Shown here in pieces: positions 9,327-17,279 of a stretch of 17,279 bases of DNA. The notes under the pieces are model-generated. The model searched no databases. It was not told the origin of the DNA and was given only the letters and a program-made list of their open reading frames with translations. Every line of letters begins with the position of its first letter. The stretch's first letter is position 1. The stretch lies in assembly GCA_947643945.1 (NCBI GenBank), contig CANRXN010000002.1, positions 1-17,279 on the forward strand, written 5' to 3'. Source of the stretch: an uncultured Clostridium sp. (GTDB taxonomy: Bacteria > Bacillota > Clostridia > TANB77 > CAG-508). The position numbers were made by a program, and so were the translations under genes.

Positions 9327-10040
9327 ATTTATATTCTTTTTCTAACTTCTCATTAAAATACAATTTCGTAACTAACTTAAACTCTTCTAAAGATGTATCT
9401 TTTAAATCAAAAGCATACAACTTTTTAGGCGGTGCTGTGACCGTATATTTTATCGCATTCAAGGTACTTTCGCTGATCTCAATGCTACTAGTATCTAATT
9501 TTCCACATGTCCTACATTTTATACCATTATCTTTCATACTAAAACTAGCTATTTTTTCTTTTTCCTGGCAATTTACACATGCCATCACTTGTGGGGTAAA
9601 TCCTAAAATACATAATAAGCGTAGTTTAAAAATGCCTAATACCATATCTAGGTTTTTGTCCGTTTGGGCTATGGTATAAAGGGTATTTAATAATAATTGC
9701 AAAATTTTATAACAATTTTGATTTTCTCCCGTTACGTCTTGCACAATTTTATTGATATGTACCGCATATTTTAATTTATCTAAATCGACCCTTAAATTAT
9801 AAAACACTTCAATCGGTTCTACCGAATTGATATGATAGGTCCCGAGAGCCTTTATAGGCTAAATACTCGCCAAAACAAAACATCTGGGTGCCAGCCAAAA
9901 GAGCACTTTTAGGTCTTCTTGCTCCTTTGGCCACACAAGATATTTTTCCGCACATTTGGGGTTAGTACAGTTAGCATTTTGTCAAAGTCTCCCATGTTAC
10001 TTTCTGCTAATACAATTCCATTTATTTTTACATTTGCCAT
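9316..10040 (-). CDS. recO: DNA repair protein RecO; needs +1 shifts at CGG 9948..9950 and 9842..9844
   Basis: ATG at 10040 with RBS GAGGAAA. The joined product starts [86 protein letters not shown]... It then continues into ORF 9316..9807, which carries the zinc-finger cysteines CVNC...CRTC. 725 nt minus 2 gives 241 codons. Confidence 0.8.
9842..9844 (-). other. in-frame CGG; inferred +1 recoding site (TCT CGG G, Gly = GGG)
   Basis: Second recO site. It joins ...EYLAYKGS to [18 protein letters not shown]. Confidence 0.75.
9948..9950 (-). other. in-frame CGG; inferred +1 recoding site (GTG CGG A)
   Basis: First recO site. It restores [20 protein letters not shown]. Confidence 0.75.
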
Positions 10041-10192
10041 TTTTGGTTTTCCTCTTTAATTTCTTTTCCATCTATTGGTTTTATGATTCCTTCTTGGATT
10101 TCTTTTTCTATATTTTCAATTTCTTTTAATTCCATAAATGCATTAATATCTCCTGTATTTTTAAAGGTTTCCCATGCTATTTTTTTTATCAT
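10028..10192 (-). CDS. YqzL-family small protein (54 aa)
   Basis: Below the ORF-track length cut-off. ATG at 10192 follows AGGAAGTGAG. The product is [54 protein letters not shown]. Its position between era and recO matches Bacillus era-yqzL-recO. The stop overlaps the recO start (ATGGCAAATGTAA). Confidence 0.5.
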   Translation of the reverse strand: MIKKIAWETFKNTGDINAFMELKEIENIEKEIQEGIIKPIDGKEIKEENQKWQM

Positions 10193-10344
10193 AAGCTCAC
10201 TTCCTAAATTCTAATTTAAAGTTTTACCTTTAATTTTATCTTTCGCATTTTTTCTGGACTTTATACATAAAATCATTAAAGCATTGACAATCAAACATGT
10301 TTCTATTTATAGCAAAGCTAGGGCAGGTGCCTGTTTTCATTTTT

Positions 10345-11246
10345 TTATTTTAGTTTAAATCGATTTACAATCGTATCATTAGATTGCCAATCTTCTTTGA
10401 CCTTGACCCAAGTCTTCAAATTTATCTTAATACCAAAGTTTTCTTCCATATCTATCCTTGCTACTCCTCCAATTCGTTTTAGCATTTCCCCATTTTTTCC
10501 GGATAATAATACCTTTATGAGAATTTCGTAAGCAATAAATCGTTGCTTCGATATCATAGATATCCTCGCCTTGTTTATTTTTTCTTTCTTTCATTTTTTC
10601 CACTTCAACATAAATTCCATGTGGCACTTCGTCTTGCAATAGTTTTAAAGCCTTTTCTCTTATCGTTTCTTCTGCTAATTGTCTTAAGGTTTGATCGGTA
10701 TATTCCTCTATATCATAATAGGCAGGTCCGAGGTTCTAGCTGTTTTTCAATTTCGTCTAAAATGATTTCTTTGTATTTTTCGTTTGTTGCCGAAATTGGT
10801 ATTACCGCTTGAAAGTCATATTCTTTGCTATATATATCAATTAACTGTAACAGTGTTTGTCGTTTTACTAAATCTATTTTATTAATAATTAAAATTGTTT
10901 TTCTTTTTGCCTCTTTTATTTTTTCCAAAATAATGCTATCACCTTTACCAATTTCTGTGCTTGTTGCTTCTATCAAAAACAAAACCACATCACTATCAGG
11001 AATACTTGAAAAGGAAGTTTCTACCATTGTTTCATTTAATTTGGTTTTTGGTTTATGAATTCCTGGTGTATCGGTAAAAATAATTTGGCTGTTTTTTCTG
11101 TTTACAATTCCTTTGATTGCTGTTCTTGTCGTTTGCACTTTATTGGCAATTGCCGCTACTTTTTCGCCTACTAATAAATTTAATAATGTTGATTTTCCCA
11201 CATTGGTTCTTCCAATTAGAGTAACAAACCCTGATTTAAATTCCAT
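10345..11246 (-). CDS. era: GTPase Era; needs +1 shifts at CGG 10728..10730 and 10499..10501
   Basis: Three fragments (10713..11246, 10427..10639, 10345..10557) join into one protein. G1 is GRTNVGKST, G3 is DTPG and G4 is NKID. The junctions read ...KQLEP-G-PAYYDIEEYTDQ and ...NSHKGIII-G-KNGEMLKRIG (the KH-domain GxxG). 902 nt minus 2 gives 300 codons. Confidence 0.9.
10499..10501 (-). other. in-frame CGG; inferred +1 recoding site (ATC CGG A)
   Basis: Restores the Era KH-domain motif KGIII-G-KNGEMLKRIG. Confidence 0.8.
10728..10730 (-). other. in-frame CGG; inferred +1 recoding site (CCT CGG A)
   Basis: Restores Era LEP-G-PAYYDIEEYTDQ. Confidence 0.8.
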
Positions 11247-11268
11247 TTTCTCATTTCTCCTTTTTTCT

Positions 11269-11274
11269 ATTATA
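11269..11274 (-). promoter_or_regulatory. candidate -10 box for era
   Basis: On the minus strand, TATAAT is directly preceded by TG, about 22 nt upstream of the era ATG. I found no convincing -35. Confidence 0.3.
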
Positions 11275-11360
11275 CACTATTTTTTTGCTAAATTTGTAGA
11301 ATTTAAAAAGTTTTTTCATTTATTTTTCCAGGTGGCTTATTGCAATCATTTTCCTAGAAT

Positions 11361-11405
11361 AGAAAAGAACCACAAATTTTAAACTTCTTTGTTTAACTTT
11401 TGTGG
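11361..11405 (-). terminator. AT-rich rho-independent terminator after the glycosyltransferase gene
   Basis: On the minus strand: CCACAAAAGTTAAAC, loop, GTTTAAAATTTGTGG (7+6 bp with a 2-nt internal mismatch), followed by TTCTTTTCT. Confidence 0.4.
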
Positions 11406-11428
11406 TATTTCTATTTTTTCTAAGAAAT

Positions 11429-11476
11429 CCCCTAATCCCTAAAGCAGGGATTTTAAGGAACGTCCCCCTAATCCCT
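11429..11476. repeat. 12-bp direct repeat CCCCTAATCCCT x2 (36 bp apart) with an embedded hairpin
   Basis: Copies lie at 11429..11440 and 11465..11476. The hairpin is AATCCCT (11434..11440) and AGGGATT (11446..11452). On the minus strand this reads as G-tracts: GGAGGGATTAGGGGG...TTAGGGATTAGGGG. Confidence 0.4.
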
Positions 11477-11482
11477 CCTATT

Positions 11483-12776
11483 TTAAGCATAAGCTTGACG
11501 CTTTTTGAAGCTAAGTAAATTGGTGATTTCGCTTTCGGTATTTTTTGCTTTTTTGGTTTTTCTTGCTCTTTCTTGCTCTAGCTCACGTTTTTGTTTTTCT
11601 GCTACTGATTGACAGATTGCTTTTTGATAAGTAAAGTGTGTGTCTTGTGCTATTTTGCTCCAATTGTATTGATTTCTTACTTTGTTTTTTGCTTTTTTGG
11701 TGATTTCCATGCAAAGTTTTGGGTCATATAATAATTCTAAGATAGAGTCTGCAAATGAGTTTGGATTTCCACAATAAGCTTTCATTCCGTTACTTCGATG
11801 TTCTACGATTTCGTTTAGTCCGCCAATATCGGCTACAACAACTGGATTTTCGCTTAGCATGGCTTCTAGTGCTACAATTCCGGAATGGTTCGTAAGTACT
11901 TGGAAAGACCGCTATATCTGCTGCCTTGTACATTTTTTGCACATCTTTTCCTCCCATATATCCTGCAAAATATACTTTGTTTCCTATTCCCATAGCATCT
12001 ACTTGTCGTTTTAGTTCGTCTAACATACCACCTTTTCCACATATGACAAGCTTGCTGTCTCGATAACCTGCCAAGATTTTTGGCATGGCTGATATTAAGT
12101 GTTGGACTCCTTTTTCATAAACTAGTCTTCCCATAAATAGTATAATTTTCTCATTGTCCATGGCATATCTTCTTCTAAAGTCGTAGTCTCTTTCTACTCC
12201 ATTAAATAAACTCATGTTTACACCATTTGGTACGACATTTATTTTTTCATATGGTAAGCCAAATAGTCTTTGCAACTCGTTTTTCATGTAATTGCTGTTT
12301 ACAATTACTTCTGCTGATTCGTAAGTTAGCATCCATTCTGTGTCATTGATGTATCTTTGTTGTTCGTCATGAATCCCACTGTTTCTTCCTGCTTCTGTTG
12401 CATGAATGGTAGAAACGATTGGAATGTTGTAAGAGTTTTTTAGGGTTTTAGCTGAGTAGGCTACTAGCCAATCGTGGGCATGAATGACATCAAATCCGCC
12501 TTGTTCGGCAATGATTTCATTGGCTTTGGCAAGCATGTTGAAATTCATTTGCATGACCCAATCGATAAAGTTGTTAGGGTTTATCATGTAATTGTCTACA
12601 CGATAGACTTTTACTCCTTTGTCGTCTTCAAAATACGGACTATCGCCATCTCGATAGGTTATGACGGTTACGTCATGCCCATCTTTTAATAGCGTTTTTG
12701 ATAAATCGTATACTACTCTTGAAATTCCTCCTACTACTCTTGGTGGGTATTCCCATGTTAACATCAATATTTTCAT
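11483..12776 (-). CDS. GT4-family glycosyltransferase (glycogen-synthase-like, TWEYPP type); needs a +1 shift at CGG 11880..11882
   Basis: Fragments 11790..12776 and 11483..11860 join into one protein. The N-terminus is MKILMLTWEYPPRVVGGISRVV. The junction restores the canonical GT4 motif ...[34 protein letters not shown]. 1294 nt minus 1 gives 431 codons. Confidence 0.85.
11880..11882 (-). other. in-frame CGG; inferred +1 recoding site (TTC CGG A)
   Basis: Restores the GT4 motif [11 protein letters not shown]. Confidence 0.8.
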
Positions 12777-12847
12777 GGATTTTACGTACTTCCTTCCTTT
12801 TTTTGATTTTCTTTTGTTGTTTTTGACATTTTTCTTCTTTTTTCTAT

Positions 12848-12876
12848 ATTGTATACAAGTTTTCTTAAATTGTAAA
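12848..12876 (-). promoter_or_regulatory. candidate sigma-A promoter of the glycosyltransferase gene
   Basis: On the minus strand: TTTACA (12876..12871), a 17-nt spacer, then TACAAT (12853..12848). It lies about 70 nt upstream of the ATG at 12776. Confidence 0.45.
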
Positions 12877-13005
12877 CGCTTTTTTGAAATTTTTTTATTT
12901 TTCTTCTAAAAAGTTGTTACAATTCACAGTCCTATTTAGAACTGTGGAGTAGCTACGAATCGTAAACAAAAAGTTGCCATTTAAAACCAGAACCATTGGC
13001 ATACT

Positions 13006-13035
13006 AAAAAGCAATCAGGTTTTTTCCTAATTGCC
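13006..13035 (-). terminator. rho-independent terminator ending the queA-tgt-WG-repeat transcription unit
   Basis: On the minus strand: GGCAATTAGG, loop AAAAAA, CCTGATTGC (9 bp including one G-U pair), followed by TTTTT. It starts 7 nt after the stop at 13043. Confidence 0.6.
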
Positions 13036-13042
13036 TTTTTTA

Positions 13043-14590
13043 TTATTCTTCGCCTTCATTGCCTTCTTCGTCAGTTGTCTGTTCTGGTTCTTCTTCCTCT
13101 TCTTCCTCTTCTTCAATATCTTGATTTCCATTTTTGGAAGTAGAGTTACTTGTGTTATCTTTGCTAGTATTGTTTTTCGTTTTATTGGTATTGGTATTAT
13201 TCTTTGTGCTATTATTTTCTGGTTGCTTTTCTTGTGATTGATTATTGTCACTATTAGACTTTGCTGTTATTCCATTTTTATTTAGCCATTCCTCTGCATC
13301 CATTTTCTTATCATTTGCTGTGATATAATAATGCTTTTCTCCACCACTAATAGTCATATAAATATCGTCTGCTGTAGGCGCAAATAGTTCTTCTCCAGAG
13401 GAATTAACCAATGTATATTTTTTATCTTTACAAGCAACTAACACTTCATAACTTGGAATGACTAATAAATTCAAAGCATCTTTATTACTAGAAGCGATAT
13501 ATCCTAGGCTATCATATTTATATTCTGCCACTTGATTTCCTGACTTATCATACAAGCCCCAGAATTTATCTTGTCTTACTGGAATTAAATTGCCTGCCAA
13601 AATATATTTATTTTTGATATTGTTTTGTGCAAACTTGGAGATATCTACTCCTATTTCGTCATTTTCAATATAAATTTTGATGTTTCCACGAACATCAATT
13701 ACCCCGTATTTATTGTCTTTTTTGGCTACATATAGTCCTGCATCACTATCCATTAGTTCAATACTATCATAAATAATTTGTACTTTCGTTTCTTTATTTT
13801 GAGACATAATCCCTACTTTTTTGTTGCTTTCTACTAAGTAATCTCCCGTGTTTACTAGGTAGGTGATGTTATCATATTTAGGTTCTAAAATGGTAGAACC
13901 GTCTACCCCTATTACACCATATTGCTTTTTGTCTTTGTCTTTTAAAACAACTAATTGGTCTTTTAGAATTGCTTTTTGGTTTACAAATTCATTGTTTAGT
14001 TCTACATAACCATAGTCTAGTATTTTGTTAGCATAGTATTGATATAAATATGGCATGGTGTAAATTGTTATAGCATTTTTTTCTTGATTGTAATCAAAAC
14101 TAATATTGAATGCTTTTTCTAACCCTTCTGCTGATACATATAAAACCCCATTTATCGCTTTTACTGGATTTTTGATATAGGTGTATTCATAATCACTATC
14201 TGTTTTTTTGGTTAAATCTAGTTTGTATATTTTCGTTTCTCCTAATTCAAAATTAGCTACTTCATTTTGGTTTTGTACATAGCATTTACTAGGTTGTTCT
14301 GTTTTTTCGCTATATTCTCCATTAAAACTATCATAACCAAAATAAGATGCAATTTCTTTTATCGGTGCATAAATGGTTCCATCATTTTCAAAAACTAATA
14401 AACTTTTTAACTTGTCATTAGCTTGTCCATCTAATGTTAATTTCATTACCGTACTTTTTATATACATCAAATAACTAACAATTCCTACAATAATAATTAC
14501 CACAAAAATAATGGCTGCTAAAATTATTTTCGTCGTTCTTTTTTTCTTTTTTTCTTCTTTGTTTTGGAAACTTTCTTCAATTAAATTCAT
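13043..14590 (-). CDS. membrane-anchored WG-repeat protein with a copper-amine-oxidase-N-like domain and an acidic/Asn-rich low-complexity tail
   Basis: Intact 515-aa ORF with RBS GGAGG. The TM is IILAAIIFVVIIIVGIVSYLMYI. Repeated K(Y/W)G(V/L)ID..G..I...YD units occur (QYGVIGVDGSTILEPKYDNI, KYGVIDVRGNIKI, FWGLYDKSGNQVAEYKYDSL). The tail is ...NTNTNKTKNNTSKDNTSNSTSKNGNQDIEEEEEEEEEPEQTTDEEGNEGEE. Confidence 0.7.
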   Translation of the reverse strand: MNLIEESFQNKEEKKKKRTTKIILAAIIFVVIIIVGIVSYLMYIKSTVMKLTLDGQANDKLKSLLVFENDGTIYAPIKEIASYFGYDSFNGEYSEKTEQPSKCYVQNQNEVANFELGETKIYKLDLTKKTDSDYEYTYIKNPVKAINGVLYVSAEGLEKAFNISFDYNQEKNAITIYTMPYLYQYYANKILDYGYVELNNEFVNQKAILKDQLVVLKDKDKKQYGVIGVDGSTILEPKYDNITYLVNTGDYLVESNKKVGIMSQNKETKVQIIYDSIELMDSDAGLYVAKKDNKYGVIDVRGNIKIYIENDEIGVDISKFAQNNIKNKYILAGNLIPVRQDKFWGLYDKSGNQVAEYKYDSLGYIASSNKDALNLLVIPSYEVLVACKDKKYTLVNSSGEELFAPTADDIYMTISGGEKHYYITANDKKMDAEEWLNKNGITAKSNSDNNQSQEKQPENNSTKNNTNTNKTKNNTSKDNTSNSTSKNGNQDIEEEEEEEEEPEQTTDEEGNEGEE

Positions 14591-14604
14591 ATATATACCT
14601 CCAT

Positions 14605-15860
<1,256 letters not shown>

Positions 15861-15867
15861 TCTAAAA

Positions 15868-16895
15868 TTAGCCATCGATGAACATGGCATCACCAAAACT
15901 AAAGAAACGATATTTTTCTTTTACGGCTTCTTCATAGGCCTTCATGATATAATCTTTTCCTGCTAAGGCAGATACTAACATTAATAGGGTAGATTGTGGT
16001 AAATGAAAATTGGTGATTAAACCGTCTAATATTTTAAATTGATAGCCTGGATAGATAAAGATTTGCGTGTCTCCTTCTGTGGCTTTTACTTGACCTTTTT
16101 CGTTGGCTATACTTTCTAACACTCTACATGAGGTAGTTCCTACTGCAATGACTCTTTTTCCCTTTTGTTTGGCTTGGTTGATTTTGTCCACATCTTCTTG
16201 TTTGATATAAAAATGTTCGCTGTGCATTTGGTGGGCTTCTACTACTTCTTCTTTTACTGGTCTAAAGGTTCCTATTCCTACATGTAAGGTTACATTGGCA
16301 ATTGCTATGCCTTTTTGTTCTAATTTGGCTAACAATTCTTTGGTAAAGTGCAAACCTGCTGTTGGTGCTGCAGCTGAGCCGTCATATTTAGCATATACAG
16401 TTTGATACCTGTCTTTTTGTTTTAACTCTTCATGGATATAAGGTGGTAATGGCATTAAGCCGATTTTGTCCAAAATTTCATTAAAGATGCCTTGGTAATA
16501 AAATTCTACTTTTCTGGTTCCGTCCTCCGCATTACTTCTAATATTTTAGCTTGTAATAGACCATCTCCAAAGATTACTTTTGTTCCTACATGAAGCTTAT
16601 TCCCTGGTCTTACAATACATTCCCAAATGTCACCTTCGATATTGTTTAAAAGTAAAAATTCTACATTGGCTCCTGTTTCTTTTTTTCCATAAAGTCTTGC
16701 TGGTATTACTTTGGTGTTGTTTCTAACTAGGACATCTCCTGGCTGTAAATAGTCAATGATGTCTTTAAATACTTTGTGTTCTATGGTTTTAGCATTTTTG
16801 TTTAATATCATTAATCTGGATTCGTCTCTTTTTTGGATTGGTGTTTGGGCAATTAGTTCTTCTGGTAGTTCGTAATTAAATTCTGCAACTTTCAT
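15868..16895 (-). CDS. queA: S-adenosylmethionine:tRNA ribosyltransferase-isomerase; needs +1 shifts at CGG 16527..16529 and 16520..16522
   Basis: Fragments 16506..16895 and 15868..16473 join into one protein. The N-terminus is [29 protein letters not shown]. The junction reads ...[38 protein letters not shown]. 1028 nt minus 2 gives 342 codons. Confidence 0.9.
16520..16522 (-). other. in-frame CGG (after the preceding shift); inferred +1 recoding site (GGA CGG A)
   Basis: Second queA site, two codons after the first. Confidence 0.7.
16527..16529 (-). other. in-frame CGG; inferred +1 recoding site (ATG CGG A)
   Basis: First queA site. The two shifts together bring the frame into ORF 15868..16473. 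Confidence 0.7.
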
Positions 16896-16940
16896 TATTT
16901 TCCTCTTTCATTTTTATTTCTTGTAGCTATGGTCACTTCT

Positions 16941-16986
16941 GTGCCTGTCCCAAAACCTGACAATGTGTCAAGTTTTGGGACAGGTC
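16941..16986. repeat. palindromic copy of the GGGACAGG element (long hairpin)
   Basis: CCTGTCCCAAAAC (16944..16956) pairs with GTTTTGGGACAGG (16972..16984). An inner stem pairs TGACA (16958..16962) with TGTCA (16966..16970). It lies between the upstream gene stop (16989) and the queA start. There is no U-tract on the minus strand. Confidence 0.6.
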
Positions 16987-16988
16987 TT

Positions 16989-17279
16989 TTAGCAACCCAC
17001 TAACATTTTAAATTTACTTGCTAAGTTATTGATTAGTTCTTTTATTTCTTCTATTAGGTTTTCTGGTTCTTGGAATACTTCTTTCATTTGATAAGCGTAT
17101 TCAAAGTTACTGCTTTTAGCTGGTTTTAGTGTATAGATTTCTGGTGGTAAGCCTATGTTTCCAGAGGCTACTTTTATGTTTTGGTTCATGTAATCGGTAT
17201 ACCATTTTTTCTGTCCTATTAGCCTTTCGTTTTCATAGCCATATTTTTGATAATCGTGTAATTCTGGCCTTTCGTATCC
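16989..17279 (-). CDS. hypothetical protein, C-terminal fragment (5' end outside the window)
   Basis: The frame is open from the window edge: GYERPELHDYQKYGYENERLIGQKKWYTDYMNQNIKVASGNIGLPPEIYTLKPAKSSNFEYAYQMKEVFQEPENLIEEIKELINNLASKFKMLVGC. I did not recognise a family. Confidence 0.45.
   Translation of the reverse strand, partial: GYERPELHDYQKYGYENERLIGQKKWYTDYMNQNIKVASGNIGLPPEIYTLKPAKSSNFEYAYQMKEVFQEPENLIEEIKELINNLASKFKMLVGC

Noticed and set aside
10318-10340. GGGCAGGTGCCTGTTTT after era as a terminator or a further GGGACAGG element.
   Set aside because: Only a 4-bp stem with a 2-nt loop is possible, and the core differs (GGGCAGG). It is too weak to call.
12930-12955. The inverted repeat CACAGT-N10-ACTGTG between the terminator at 13006..13035 and the glycosyltransferase promoter.
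   Set aside because: It has a 6-bp stem, no flanking U-tract and no second copy in the window, so it is probably fortuitous.
244-13237. Plus-strand ORFs antisense to the minus-strand genes (for example 244..513, 686..880, 1982..2242, 2417..2650, 4410..4874, 8051..8380, 9320..9679, 10543..10812, 11113..11382, 12661..12909, 13031..13237), and the upstream part of 8103..8600.
   Set aside because: These are Phe/Leu/Ser/Ile-rich low-complexity translations typical of the antisense strand of AT-rich genes. They have no RBS and are fully overlapped by well-supported genes.

Overview
This is an AT-rich (roughly 30% G+C by eye) chromosomal segment from a low-GC, endospore-forming Firmicute. Supporting markers are an alpha/beta-type SASP gene, a long-form HPF, era-yqzL-recO synteny and queA-tgt synteny. 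I call 17 protein genes, all but one on the minus strand. In plus-coordinate order they are: a secretin-less Tad/Flp-like pilus module (1-7139: pilin-like gene, TadB/C-like membrane protein, membrane-anchored CpaF-like ATPase, two ParA/TadZ-like proteins, CpaB-like protein), a Cof-type HAD phosphatase, the SASP gene (+), hpf, recO, a yqzL-like small ORF, era, a GT4 glycosyltransferase, a WG-repeat membrane protein, tgt, queA and a 3' gene fragment.

Main result: nine conserved genes, including era, recO, tgt and queA, are fragmented in the ORF track. All 17 frame breaks lie exactly on an in-frame CGG codon. Each is repaired by skipping the C and reading the following GGN as glycine, usually at a glycine conserved in that family. 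No in-frame CGG in the window behaves as an ordinary codon. About 32 CGG trinucleotides in the other two phases are harmless, and the other Arg codons are used normally. This looks like codon-specific +1 recoding (CGGN decoded as Gly), not decay or random indel error. It needs raw reads, tRNA inventory and proteomics to confirm.

The window also contains an intergenic repeat family with core GGGACAGG, including a 36-bp tandem array between queA and tgt. All work was done by eye; no alignments or searches were run, and homolog comparisons rely on remembered family motifs.
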